The notes below the pieces were generated by a model, which had not been told where the DNA came from, ran no database searches, and worked only from the letters and a program-made list of their open reading frames with translations. DNA of 60,516 bases, the filler included, from Sphacelaria rigidula (Eukaryota): the NCBI GenBank assembly GCA_964200075.2. It is 7 parts of 7 records of this genome, joined end to end, with 100 filler letters (N's around TTAATTAATTAA, not from the genome) between each part and the next. Parts side by side here need not be neighbours in the genome. Positions count along the whole stretch, not along the records: positions 17,323 to 25,883 come from CAXNAA020010779.1; positions 25,984 to 34,542 come from CAXNAA020010780.1; 5 more parts are not named here. One strand, written 5' to 3'. The first letter of the stretch is position 1. Each line of letters begins with the position of its first letter. Both the position numbers and the translations under genes were made by a program. Positions 21,930 to 34,396 of this stretch are shown here, one piece after another.

Positions 21930-23765
21930 ATGAAAGGCTGTCACTCTGATTTGTCCTGCCACTTAGGCGTCACTCGCACGTTAGCGCTCCTTGAACGTTT
22001 TTATTGGTTGATTGGCATGGAAGCATCCACGCATTTTTGGGTCCGCCGATGTTTCAAATGTCAGGCTCGCAAAACCTCTCGACAAACTGTGCGATGGCCG
22101 GTGATTTCCATGGAGCTTCCAAACCGTCCTGGTCACTTCGTATTGTTCAACTACTTTGGCCCTTTACCCCCAACTGACCGTGGTAATACCTACATTCTAC
22201 TCTTCACCGACCGCTTCAGCCGTCACGCGGCTATGTATGCTGTTACTGCTAGCGATTTCACTGCTGCCGGCACAGCGGACATTCTCGTCCATGACTACAT
22301 TAAGCACTATGGCTGCCCGAAACGGCTCCTCTCCGGCAATGGTCCACAATGTTGCTCCGAGCTCTCGGATGCTTTGTACAAGCTCCTCGGCATTCGCAAA
22401 ATTGCCACAAGCGCCTACCACCCTAACGGTAACGGTGGGACTGAACGTGTGAACCACACGATGGCTCAAATGCTATCCATGGTCGTCAACGACCGACAAA
22501 ATGATTGGGACATTCATCTCTCGCATGTCATGTTGTCTTACAACAATTCACTTAACGCGGCTACGGGCCTCTCGCCCAACGAACTGCATCTTGGACGCTA
22601 CCCTCGTCTGCCCATCACCGTTTTCGAACGACATACCTTCGATGGTCACCAAGGTCTGGAACAGGATCAGATGTCCTACCACGACCTCGCCAGGGCTCGT
22701 CAGCGCAAAGCTTTCACCTTGGTGCGCGAACAACACGCTATCAACGCCTCAGGCCTTGAAAGATCCAATACCGCCCTCTACAACTTGATGCACAAACGCC
22801 CTACTTGGAAGATCGGCGATTGGGTCTGGATCTACAACAGTTTGTCCACCATCCGTCAAGGCGCTGACCGTACTGCCCAGGCAACAGTCTTGAAGACGAA
22901 ATTGTCCCTCAACTGGACGGGTCCGTTCAAGATTCTCATAGGCGGACCCTCGCCGACATCTCCTGACGGCAAGCCCGTTGGCGACAAACTCCTTCACCTC
23001 GATTTACCTCGTGACCTCCAGGGGCACGATGCTAAATCTCGCGTCTCTGTGCATCGTTGCAAGTCCTGCACAAACCCGCATGACACCACGGACATGCCTC
23101 AATACCTGCCTGCAGGTCTCACCCAATATGTGCTTAACAGCTACTCCACCAAATCTCCACCGTACCACGTTACCACCGATGACGTGACTGAACAACCTCT
23201 CCGCTTGGCCGTGTCCCACACTTCCGGCCACCAAATCACTCGAGGTCCTGGCGGCAAAATTGCTGCCATGTACAAGACACACTGGCAAGGTCTTCGGCAT
23301 GCGTCTTGGGAACGCGAGTCCGACCTTCAACTGCACCGTGGTGCTATCCTTCTCTACTGGACACAATCCCCACAGCAACAGCTCGCTGACAACAAGGGAT
23401 ATCGAAACATAAGACGCGGCGCCGCAGCCCGCGAACTCCACCGCGACAAAGGACTACGTTTTGTAGCCGATGGTTACGAACTCGTACCCACCAAACATTG
23501 AGACGAAAATATTCGCGCAAAACAACAACCGCTCCCTAAAGGCGCCTACTTGTGGTATAAGGGCAGCGATTACCTCTGGTGGCTAGGTCAGATCCACTCC
23601 GTCGACGCCCCCGCGGCCGACACATACATCGTGCGTTTCCTCGACGATCCTGGGCCCGTTCAGCTCACGCTTCGCCCCGATTTTTACACGACCAGCCCCT
23701 CCGCACCCCGCGGTTCCTGGTGCCTACAACGCTTCAAGTCACACGGCCTACGTCGAGGCCTTTAG
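21930..23765 (+). pseudogene. Retrotransposon integrase (H2C2, rve core, GPF motif, chromodomain) plus an in-frame C-terminal extension after one TGA
   Basis: HSDLSCH...CFKC; NYFGPLP; LLSGNG; YHPNGNGGTERVN; WTGPFKI; YKTHWQG...SWERESDL. The frame resumes after TGA 23499-23501 and runs to 23765. Confidence 0.92.
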
Positions 23766-24412
23766 TGCAATATCGATCGTACACACGACATCAATGCACC
23801 ATCTTGAGTCCTATCTCTTCGCGCTCCCTTATCGCGATTTTTACCTCCCCTCCCAGTTTGGTTCTGGTACTTCTCTTGTCCCCACTCAGGAACGCTCTAC
23901 TCTTCATTTCTTCACCTACGAAGGCTCTCCTATCGCGGCTCATCGCTGCCCTCATCAACCTATTCGACGACTTCTTCTGGACCCCCTTCGCCTCCTTCTA
24001 TTGGCCCCTACGCTGCCGCCGCTTTGTCTGGCTGGCACTCGACCCTATTCGGGTCCTTGAGTTTTGTCTTCCTGCTTGAGATTACCACTGTGTCCTTTGC
24101 GGGGTTTTCCTTTGCTTTTTATCTAGCTAGCGCGTCAAAGCATTGTGTACTTTTTCCGTTTGTTCGCTAGCTCGCCGCAGCATTGTGTGCTCCTGCGCAG
24201 TCAACCGCAGTTGCGTGATTGCGCTTTTTGAGGCACCTTTGGTTTTTCTTGTTTGAGGTGTGGGAGGATCGGGCACCGGGCTGATCATTACCTCTTGTGT
24301 TTTTTCTTTTTCGCGTTGTCTCCTCATGACTTGATGGGTAAGACAAGCCTCAATTTTAGTTGCTCTTGAAATTTCACCGCAACCCAAATAGAGGTTTGTC
24401 TGGGTGGGTGAG

Positions 24413-24982
24413 TGTCATGAGGAAGGAAGATAGAGAGGCGTTATTTGTTCCTTCAGACAGTTCTGGGGCAGGTTGGCTCACAGATCACTCGATCCAGCCA
24501 TGGGAATGCTCCCATAGTTCTGGGGAAGGTTGATGTACAGGCTACGTTCTATGGAAGATTGATTCACAGACTGGTATATCCTAGCTGGGGAAAATTAGTG
24601 TGCAGGCTGACATGCCCTGGTCCCGAGGAGGCAAACGCCTTCTCGGGCCGAGTTCAGATAGGTTGCGTTGCATGTACCTCATGCACCCTCGCTCACTCTT
24701 GACTCTTGAGCTACCCTTCGAGCCGGACCATCTGCTCCTACTGTTTATTTTTGGTGAGAACAGTGTGCTGGGCGATCAAGGGAATAATGAGTGAGAGTTA
24801 AAAGATATCAAGCCTTTGAGCTCCCTTTGTTTGTTGCTACTGTGACCAACAGTCACGTGAACCTGCACGTGTATATTTGTAGCTTGTTTTACTCGGACAC
24901 ATTGCACCTTGTGAATCTTACAACCTTGCAGTACATTGATCTATCAAGGAAGGTGTGTGGAGCTTGTCCATACCCTTCTTCA
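24413..24982 (+). mobile_element. 3' LTR of gypsy family 3 (right end approximate)
   Basis: Starts TGTCATGA directly after the PPT; aligns to 15426-15911 with an internal insertion. Confidence 0.85.
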
Positions 24983-26273
24983 GTACACTGGCGTTCGACT
25001 GATTGGCCGTGTCTTGCTTGGTTTTTCAGTAGCCCACGCGTGTTCTAATAGCCTTGTTGACTTGTCTAGCTGTCTCTTTCTGTAGCCCACGTTTGCTGCC
25101 CCTCACTTTTGGTACACCCGTATTTTTTCCCCTAGTTAGTAGCAGTTTCAACAGTCCTTCGTTTTCGTTGAGCTTTTAGAGTGCTTTTTTTTGCGGTACT
25201 ACAGTGCTGTCTCCCTGCATTCCTTCAGTTGCATCTCCGCCGCGCAATTCCGCCGCAGCAGCAACAATTGCAACTTGCCATTTGTCCCTCTCCTGCTTTG
25301 ATCGCTCCTTTTGCTGGGCCACACTCTTGCTTTGCAGTGCCCTTGTTCTGTTGTCATCGTTCTTCTCAACCCCACCCAGCGCTGTGTCAGCTGGCTTGTT
25401 GTAAACTCTTGCGGACAGTTAACACTACACCTTACTGAACCGTTACAGAACACGCCGCTTTTATCTTACGGCGAAAGCGACTGTACCTTTTCTCCTTGCA
25501 GGACGTTGACACTTGTGTGCCGTTGCTGTCTTTATAGTGCGGCGTCCTTTTACTCTTGACACTGACTGCTTCAGTGTCTTCATACTTTTTCGGTGCGACA
25601 ATTGCGTAGTCACAACTGCCGCAATAGTAGTTGTGATAGTAGCGACCGCCGCTCCAGCGTGCAGAGTGCTGTAGTGCACACTATTTGTTCTTCCGCGCGA
25701 TAATCTGCATCAACACAATTGATACATTTGCTGCTGCATGTCTCTCATGAGTGCTGCTACGGTAGGGGTGCACAAATATTTTCCGAGGTTAGAATTGTTA
25801 GGAGCCCTTTATCTCATGCAAAACACGACCTATGAAAATAGGTGAAAGTACGCCCGGATTCCTACTCCGATGTGCTGGGGATANNNNNNNNNNNNNNNNN
25901 NNNNNNNNNNNNNNNNNNNNNNNNNNNTTAATTAATTAANNNNNNNNNNNNNNNNNNNNNNNNNNNNNNNNNNNNNNNNNNNNTGACACCGTTTGGAACC
26001 AAATACAAGCGTAACGCAAGTGTGGGAGGATGTCTGACACACTTGTGAGCCTCTTTTTTCTTGCAACCAAATACCTCCCCCCCTATCGCAGGATGACTCA
26101 GACTTACAGTTCAACGTTGCGCGTAAATACATGGTTTTCCGGACGGAAACACCTGCATGAAATGCATGAAACATGGACCACATTTCAGAAGTTCCAAATA
26201 AAACAGTTTATTTGATAAAGATTGCTCTGCTTTGCATCGAGCTTCCATTGTTTTCTTTTTTTTTCCTTCGTTA

Positions 26274-26466
26274 GGCTACTTCTGTGTATTAAAAAATATA
26301 ACTTGTTGAAAAGTACGTTTTTTACCCTTCTCCGTCGTTTCTGCCCCGAAAAGAGGGCTCAGCGGATGTTGACACCTTGGCATGACTAGCTCTACTCCGT
26401 GAGACCGTTTCAGAGCACCTTTGCGTTTTCCGTTGGTCACAGTTTCGTTCTTGGCCAAAAAGTGTA
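26274..26466. mobile_element. One arm of the PIF/Harbinger-type MITE seen complete at 33054-33521
   Basis: TTA|GGCTACTTCT... followed by about 190 bp homologous to that element's arms. Confidence 0.75.
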
Positions 26467-26559
26467 CCCTGCCCGCTGAGCATGTTCGCTATGTGTGTAG
26501 CTGTGTTCGTGTGAACTATGTGCGTGCTGTTCACCTGCCCTGTCCGAGTACAGGCTGTG

Positions 26560-27003
26560 AACACGGGATCTTACAAATTGGTTGTGGATCTTCTATTGGG
26601 GATGAAAAACACGGAGAATTAAAATCTTCATATCCACACCAAATCTTCGAAATATGATTCCATTTCTTCACTTGCTGGTAGCTATTGACAATTACTACAC
26701 GCCATACAAATTTGGATCACGATCACCAAAATGTTGGGGTCCTGAGTGAGAAACCAATTTTGGAACCAGTTTGGCGTCCGTTCGGACACCCGGAATTCCC
26801 CAAAATTGTTTTGTCCCCTAGGACCCCAACATTTCGGTGATCGGAATCCAAATTTCTATGGAGTGTAGCAGTTGTCAATAGCTATCAGTAGGTGAAAAAA
26901 TGGAACCATATTTCGAATATTTGGTGTGGATACGGAGGTTTAAATTCTCCGGGTTTCTCATCCCCAATAAAAGATTCATCCCCAATTTGTAAGATCCCGT
27001 GTT
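26560..27003. mobile_element. Foldback MITE-like element
   Basis: Ends AACACGGGATCTTACAAATTGG / CCAATTTGTAAGATCCCGTGTT. Inverted arms of about 200 bp surround a short spacer. No TSD recognised. Confidence 0.85.
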
Positions 27004-27883
27004 TGTACTCTGCAAGCGCAGAGAGTACAGTAGTGACGGTGTTTGCGAAGACCAAATTCGGGTCAGGATTTGGACTTTGTAAGTCCACCGAAGTCCAAAG
27101 TCAGTCCAAAGTCCGACGGTTGCGTTTCGCTCGGTTTGGATTTTCAATAGGAGATGCTATTCGCCAACAGGCGTGACGTGTAACGTGTAACCGTACCCCT
27201 GACAACACACACCACACCAACCACCTCGCTGCTCACGCAAGGACCAGAGCACACGCCCAGACATGGCGAATCAACGGGTGATGGTGTGGTTGTGGTATTC
27301 CTTTGAGGTCAGCACAGTAACATATGCACAAAGAAATAGTATTTTGAGCACAACTTGACACAGACAGCGATTGACGTGACGTGTATCCGGTTTGCACAGA
27401 AGTTGTTGCAGACCAGGAGAATCATCTTGATCACAAGTCATGAATCACATAGGCACAAACGACGTCTTTATACTCGTGGCCTGTCTTTGCCGCCTACCTG
27501 ACCCCTCTTGTGTTGCCAACATAGCTTCACACTATAGTGTTGCTGTGGAACACTAAGTAGAGACACCAGTAGCGTCCAGTAGGCTGTGTTCAGTGCAGAA
27601 TGATGCACGCTCACACTGTTTCTTGCTGCTGAGTCCAGCGAAGATATACAGCTGACACTGACTTTGTCCGCACTCGAGTGCGAGTGGGTGTAAAGTCGTG
27701 AGGGTTTCTCCTGTAGTATTTTCTCTGTATTTGCGGAGCATCCAGGTAAAATCTAGTTCTAGGTAACAGGCAGTCGTAGGTCGTATTGTAAAGTGTATTA
27801 TCTGTGTTCAGTCCCAAACCAAGTATCATTCCTCCAGAAGACGATAAATAATTTGGTGCCACCCCAACTCTGTGCATACCGAA

Positions 27884-28842
27884 ACACCGCATAGAGCACA
27901 ACAACTGTTCAGGCACTCTCGAGCGCTCATCGCACCGTGATCGTCGTAAAGTGTTTAGATGCACAACAGTACAGCGACAACCACAGCATAGAAATGGTGG
28001 GCTTGGGAAACGCCTTGTTCGTTTGACTCGAGTCGAAATAGCCAACACACCATGAAGGTGTCAACAGGAATCATGTCTAGAGGGCACTACGTGTTGACAG
28101 CATGATATTTCGAGGAGACGAACGCCACGACAGTAACAAAACAACTCACGCAGTCAGTCCCAGCGGAGACCAAACCGTCTTCGAAACGGCCTGAAGACAC
28201 CACAGCGCAGCGACAGCACAAGAGACAGCGTATGAGTGTGTTTGTGCTGCAGCACAGTGATATGGGACATGTCCCATGCGATAGTTCTTCCCCTGATTTG
28301 GCCGAATGGCGGTTTACAAACGCTGGGCCATAATTACGCTTTTCACGCGAAGCTCGATCATGGCCAAGTGTTCAAACATTGGCACCCGGCAAAAAATGAG
28401 GACCCGTCTGAAATGGGGGGAAGAATTATTACATGAGACATCAAGGCAGACAGCTCCTGTCATCAAACGCTTGGGATAAAGCAGCTCCGTGCCGGCTCAG
28501 TTTGTTCGCCCCAACGTGCACGAGTCCGCCTTGTGTGTCTTCTCCGATCCCAGCACCCAACTATAGCTGAAGTACGGACGGAGACGCAAAAGACAGCTGC
28601 GCAGTCGTCACGTGATCGTTTTATCGTTTCACCTTTGTGTACAAACAGTAGCTATTGTGCAGCACTTTGATCTCACCCCACTTCTGTCTTTACCGGAACA
28701 TCGCATGCAGCACTACAACTGTTCAGGCACTTTCCAGCGCACATCACACCATGTTCGTCGAAGAGTGTTCAGATGCACAACAGCACAGCGACAACTACAG
28801 CATAGAAATGATAGGTGTGGGAAGCGCCTTGTTCGTTTGACT
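27884..28842 (+). repeat. Diverged direct repeat pair (about 27884-28028 and 28698-28842)
   Basis: Shared ACAACTGTTCAGGCACT...AGATGCACAACAG...CAGCATAGAAATG...CGCCTTGTTCGTTTGACT. A second pair lies at 28867-28938 and 29309-29378. Confidence 0.8.
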
Positions 28843-29385
28843 ACATATTCTGAGAAAAGTAATGCTGTGTTGTGTTCAGTGTAGCACTCTGTACTCCATA
28901 AAATGGGGTCACGTTTTGGGCAGTTTTTCGAAAAGTTTGTCTCTACTATGCATGAGAGCGTATGTAATTCGATCGCCCATCCCAACACGCAGCTCAGTCG
29001 GTGGACCCTGCCACAAAATTATATGCCCAACTTTTCGCCAACAAGAAGAAACGCCAAAAGTGTGGTGGTGTCGGTTCAGGCACACGTTTCACTGCAGTAA
29101 CGTTGATGCGTGGCGGCCACGACCGCTGCAGTTCGTGTTCTTGTCTTGTTATGTTCGCGATGACGGTAAACGTGGGGTGGCACCCCGAGGGCGTGCGCTT
29201 CCGTAGTAGTACAGGAGCAGCAGCTGGACACTATTAATTCTTCAACAAGAGAAGCTGATGCATACTGTATACAGTCCGTGTTCAGGTTCTGAAAAACACT
29301 GCAGAATTGTGTTGTGTTCAGTGTAGTAGCCTGTACTCCATATAATGGGGTAACGTTTTGGGCAGATTTCGAAAAGTTCTGCTTG

Positions 29386-29604
29386 ATCAATTCTTGATTG
29401 ATTGATTGTCGCACTTTGACTGACCCGCCAGGGGTCCAGCCGTGGTCTCATGATAGACTTACTCAAGAAAAACAGAATTCAAACACGCTCTAAGAAAAAA
29501 AAAGGAACAGAAAGCAATAGGAACAGGAAAAAAAGAAAAGAAAAGAAAAGAAAGAGGGGTCGAACAGAACGACATAGAAGAAAAGCTTGTTTCTTGAAAC
29601 GTTC
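29386..29604 (-). mobile_element. 5'-truncated RTE-like LINE 3' UTR insertion with a 17-bp TSD
   Basis: Flanked by TCGAAAAGTTCTGCTTG at 29369-29385 and 29605-29621. Homologous to 39140-39293 and ends in a (TCAA)n tail on the minus strand. Confidence 0.85.
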
Positions 29605-31225
29605 TCGAAAAGTTCTGCTTGTTTTTTTCAAGTATTCTGACAAAAACAAGATACGTTTCTGTCACAGAAATCCAATGCCGAATCTGGAATGGCCTGAGAC
29701 AACAGCCAACTTGAAAATTGGAAGACGGTGCGGTGAACAGTGTACGACGGGTGACGAATGCCGAGATGGCCCCCCCACAAAAGGTGCACCGCAGACCCTC
29801 CGACAAACCGGTTGCGATCCCGCTTTTGAGCTCGTTTGCAGCAATTTCGCCCAGGTGAGAGGCGTTTGGCAGTCCGAAATCAGCTATAACGCCCAAATGT
29901 GTCTCGGCGTGCAGCACGAAACGAGCTATAACGGCATTTATGATCATCGCCTCCGTGCACGTTTTTGGCCGGTTCGGGGGAGGGCTATATCGGCAGCAGT
30001 CGGGTGCATCTCAAAAGTGGCGGTATTTTTCCAACCAGGCGTTGCTCCTCCAGTTCTGCAAGGAGGGTGTGAAGGGTAATCTATTGCTGAGCCAAAACTC
30101 TTGCGGTTTGCGGTTCGCGGTTTGTGTCTACGCGAAGCCACCCTCCGGTTCTGCAAGGAGAGTGGAAAGGGTCATCTGTTACTAAGCAATTTGTTTCATG
30201 GTTTGCGGTTCGGGTGCATGAATTCACAATAATATGGTGCATGCAACACCACAGGAAGGGGTGTAGTACATTGTTAGGGCAAAGCATAAAGTCGAGCACT
30301 TTTTCCATAATTTATACGGACGACCCAGACGCGAGTCTGTCGTGGAATCGTCTCAGCTTCGCCTGTTGCTCTCAATATTACGGAATCTGCGCGAAGCGAT
30401 ACAATATGCACGGCAGAGAGTGATAAGCACTACGATTGAATGTCACCTGTTTTTGCTAGCCCACGTGACTCTTCAAGCTCTGTACGGAAAAGATAATGTG
30501 GACCGCAGAGACTGAAAGAGATGTTGCTACCAACTACGATGAGCGGAAGGCTTTATATAGTCAAAAGAGCTCTCCAAGGAAGTTCCAGCTTCGAGATTGG
30601 CAGCCTGATGAAACTTTGTTTCCCCCACCAACTCAGGTTGTGTGGCCTGTGTGTGTATTCCGCGGGGAACAAAATTCTCGACCTCGGCGTGATTTGGGAT
30701 GGAAAGAGTACGATGCACCTCCATGGGACACAAGGTGGCACAATAAATCTTCCTCCCGGGGTTTATTCAGGTTTCGCCAACCCGACAGTGTGTTTGTTTC
30801 TGCTGCCAATTCCCATCGCGCCAGGAGGCCTCAGTAAGTAGTCTCATTCTTGAAAACTGGTATAATACTCGAGTAGCAGACCCCGAAAAAAACCCACACA
30901 CAATAACACAAATTAAGATGATGACAGTGATGCCAAGAATAAAGAAGAGAGAAAGTCGCCACCCACCCCGAGTTGGTCTGGTCCGGCGAAACCCGGCGTG
31001 CTCCATCCCGGCATTGTACGGACGAACCAACCCCTATGGGGTTGACGCGGTTGGCGATGACGCTTCCAAACACGCCGCTCGCTGCGCAAGCTAGGCAACC
31101 AGGTTACCGACCTTTTTCGCGCGCTTGCGATTTCCTTGCGGTAACCATGATGGTGATCGAGCTAGATCATATTGTGCGGAGTGGGGGAACCTCAACTCCG
31201 CGCAAAGGAGATGCTCGTCTACTGT

Positions 31226-31430
31226 GATTTTGATTTTGATTTGTTGATTGATTGTCGGACTTCAAGTGACCCCCCGGGGATCAAGCCGTGCTTAAATGAG
31301 TAACGTACCAAAGACAAAACAAATCTGGGACACTCGCTGAGGAAAAAAGAAGAAACACAAAAGTGGAGCACAACAACCTAGCAGACTAAGGCGTAAAAAG
31401 AAGAAAGCGAATGAATACATAAAAAGAAAA
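31226..31430 (-). mobile_element. RTE-like LINE 3' end fragment (shorter remnants at 4165-4225 and 44080-44110)
   Basis: Same CACGGCT...GG(T/C)CA..TGAAGT.CGACAATCAATCAA terminus as 39230-39293. Confidence 0.7.
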
Positions 31431-33053
31431 CTACGTACGAGCTGGGTCAGCTGACCGTGATTGTATAATGTTTCCGGGCCCGGCTGAGGGTAATTCGAGG
31501 AATTGGGAGCTGAAATTTCGACACGAGATCTTCATCATCGATACGCGCAACCTTCCGAGGGATGCAGTGAAGATTAGAAAACAAAAACAGGAAGTTAGAA
31601 CGATTTGAATTTTCTGTAAAAATTGGGAAAATGCCACTACTCCGTGCACATGAAGAGATACGTCGGCATCCCTCGTGCCGTTGTGCGTACTTGTGTGCAG
31701 GAGATGCTGGTGCAATTTCGACCAAAAATTTCTCAAATTGGGCGCAGCAGGACACGTTTTGTGTGACACCGCTGCGCCCCTTCAACCCTTTTGGTACCGG
31801 CAACGGAAAAGTGCTGATTCCGAGATGCTGTTTTTTCACAACACATGCTTGATTATTTGCAGCTTCCAAGGACCACTAATTTGCCCAAGGCGTCTTTATC
31901 AGACCCGCGACCGCTTCCAACTGGCGCTGAATCGTGGAAATCCTGTATCGCACCTCAATCCTTCTACGTGTGGTGAGGGGATTTCTGTGTGATCGGCTTA
32001 GCACGCTTGCCAAGTGTTGGGCGGGTACAACCTCTGAACGGCAGCACACCAATACCCCGGTGGGGTGCGTCACCTTAATATATATGTGTGTGTGCCGCAG
32101 TGGCATACGAGACTAAATAAAGAGAAAATGTACAGGCGGTGATGCTGAGTTTTGTTGTTTAAAATTCAGAGGCCGCGGTGCTGTTTTTTGCTATGTGCAC
32201 AAAGCTGAACATACTTGACCCGTTGCGTCCCGTCATTCGATGACATCAAACGGACCGCACCGGGACGACATTTTTGGTGAGGGCATGACATATCTCGGTG
32301 GATTATTCTGCGGATTCCCGCCGTCATTTTTTTTTTTTGTTCCCATATTTTCTTCTTTGTCAGCGCTTGAAATAATGAGGCGTCTGGACCGAGAACGGGA
32401 GGGGAGGGTCCCCAAATGGTTGATTCAAGTGATACGGGAGACTCCAGTTGTAGACGTCACGGGTTCGTATCCCGACGGGTTCCTTTATTTTTGTTTGCTC
32501 TCTCTGTAATAAGAACGTTTTCGTGAGATTGAGAGTAGAGCGCTGATTGAGAGTGGCTTTGATCATTCGCTTGAACTTAGCCCATTATTCATTCCGTGTG
32601 TGCTTTTATTTGCCTCCAAAACTGGCGTGTGCTTACAGCTACACGTCGATATTCTACTCAGGGGTATCAGGGGCCTCAGTGGCGAACTATTACAGATCGA
32701 TTGCCCTGTGTCCAGGGCACTTTCAATTTCAATTTATTTCGGTGATTGTGATATGACGTTGACGTCCCGGATTTCGGCAGTGAAACCGGAATGGTCGCGG
32801 CTGGGCCCTTCTACTTTAAAGTGAAAAGGTCTGCTCGTAACTTGTTGTGTAATTTACACGTGGTATCAATCTTTTACGGCTCGGACGGATCATTGCCGAT
32901 TCGAATCACCAAATCCACGATTTCTCAGGCCTGATTGCCCGAAAGAGAGAAAAAAGTCGACCGCTGGTCAAAGAGGTCTCCATGCCACTTTTGTGCCGTT
33001 CCACGTGCCTGGGCTACGCGTACCCGGGTTCCAACGCTAAAAGCAAAGCCTAA

Positions 33054-33521
33054 GGCTACTTCTTATGTGTAAGAAAATGAAAGTTGTTGAAAAGTGCATT
33101 TTTGGCCCTTCTCTGACGTTTTTCCCACGAAAAAAGGGCTAAGCGGCTGTTGGCACCTTGGGATGACTTGCTTTACTCGCTGAGACGGTTCCAGAGCACA
33201 CATGCGTTTCCCGTAGGCCACGGTTTCGTTTTTGGTCAAAATTGCATTTTCAATAACTAACGGTCAAGTTACCGAAAAAATGACAGTTTTCCCACTGTTT
33301 TTAGATACCTTGACTGTTTGTGATTGAAAGTGCAAGTTTGACCGAAACGAAACCGTGATCTACGGGAAACGCATGTTTGCTCTGGAACAGTCTCAGCGAG
33401 TAGAGCAAGTCATTCCAGGGTATCAATTGCCGCCTAGCCCTCCTTCCGAAGGAAAAACGACGGAAAAGGGTAAAAAATGCACTTTTCAACAACTTATTTT
33501 TTTTATACATAAGAAGTAGCC
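33054..33521. mobile_element. PIF/Harbinger (Tourist-like) foldback MITE with TAA TSD
   Basis: TIR GGCTACTTCTTATGT / ACATAAGAAGTAGCC; TAA on both sides (33051-33053, 33522-33524); inverted arms of about 215 bp. Confidence 0.9.
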
Positions 33522-34134
33522 TAAGGATTGATTCGTACGGTACGAATCAATTACTCTAAAATTCGAATAATTTCCGGACGAATCGTTGATTCGTCCAACC
33601 CTTACTATCTTCGTAGGGTAGGTAGTGGAGGGACTGGTGGACTCGTTTCAGTACCAAAACGCCCAGGTATTTATCATAATGTAAATGCTTCATCTTGTGT
33701 CTCGTTCGAATCACGTGTTTCATGCTGCCTGTACTGCAGTATGGTTGCGTCCTTGCATTCCTTGACAAAATCTACGCTTCCCGCGCCTCGTACACAGTTC
33801 ACGATAACCAGAGCATGTCGGTGGCGTACATACAGTGCATACATCATCCGTTTTTGAAGTGGTACGGTATATAATATTTGGTACAACACGGGGTTCTATC
33901 GAAAAACAACTGATTCACCACAATCCAAGTGCAACAATGATGGACTCGCTGGCATCTCTTCTGGGTGTTTTCGAGTAAGGCGTGATGAAACATGAGGAGC
34001 ACTACCGTGACGGGCTGCCACAGGGAAGTACAGCGCTTTGGTGCACAAGCGCGCTGGCACAATGTCGACAACACGGAAAACACTAGCGCGCGTGCTGATC
34101 GAAAATAACGCTCTCCGCGCGTGCAATATAATTC

Positions 34135-34396
34135 AATGATAATCATTTCGTGATGGTGATAGTGAAGTGACAGTTCACAACTTCATTACCACGAGAAATC
34201 ACGCGCCGTTGTAATCGAGTATGCTAGGGTGGGAAGCAAGTGATACAAAGACGGTAAGGCCGTGTTTGAACGAAACAAGGGAAATGACAATCATTTCGTG
34301 ATAGTGATGGTAAAGTGACAGTTCACAACTTCATTATCAAAAGAAATCACGCGCCGTTTTCATCGAGTATGCTAGGGTGGCAAACAAGTGATACAG
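34135..34396 (+). repeat. Tandem duplication, about 148-bp period
   Basis: AATCATTTCGTGAT...CGAGTATGCTAGGGTGG...CAAGTGATACA occurs twice. Confidence 0.85.

Larger units (their letters stand above)
21328..24982 (+). mobile_element. 3' half of Ty3/gypsy chromodomain-bearing retrotransposon (family 3)
   Basis: Frameshifted pol linker, integrase, chromodomain, 3' UTR, PPT GGGTGGGTGAG (24402-24412) and 3' LTR in canonical order. Confidence 0.92.

Noticed and set aside
15426-24982. A single intact 9.5-kb LTR retrotransposon spanning both family-3 LTRs
   Set aside because: The LTRs are on different contigs separated by a linker, are clearly diverged, and the intervening DNA is unrelated.
29660-32720. 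Possible multi-exon + strand gene (e.g. LEIMRRLDREREGRVPKWLIQVIRETPVVDV at about 32363-32460 and ORF 30496-30837)
   Set aside because: I could not chain the segments into a stop-free frame or recognise a domain; too weak to call.
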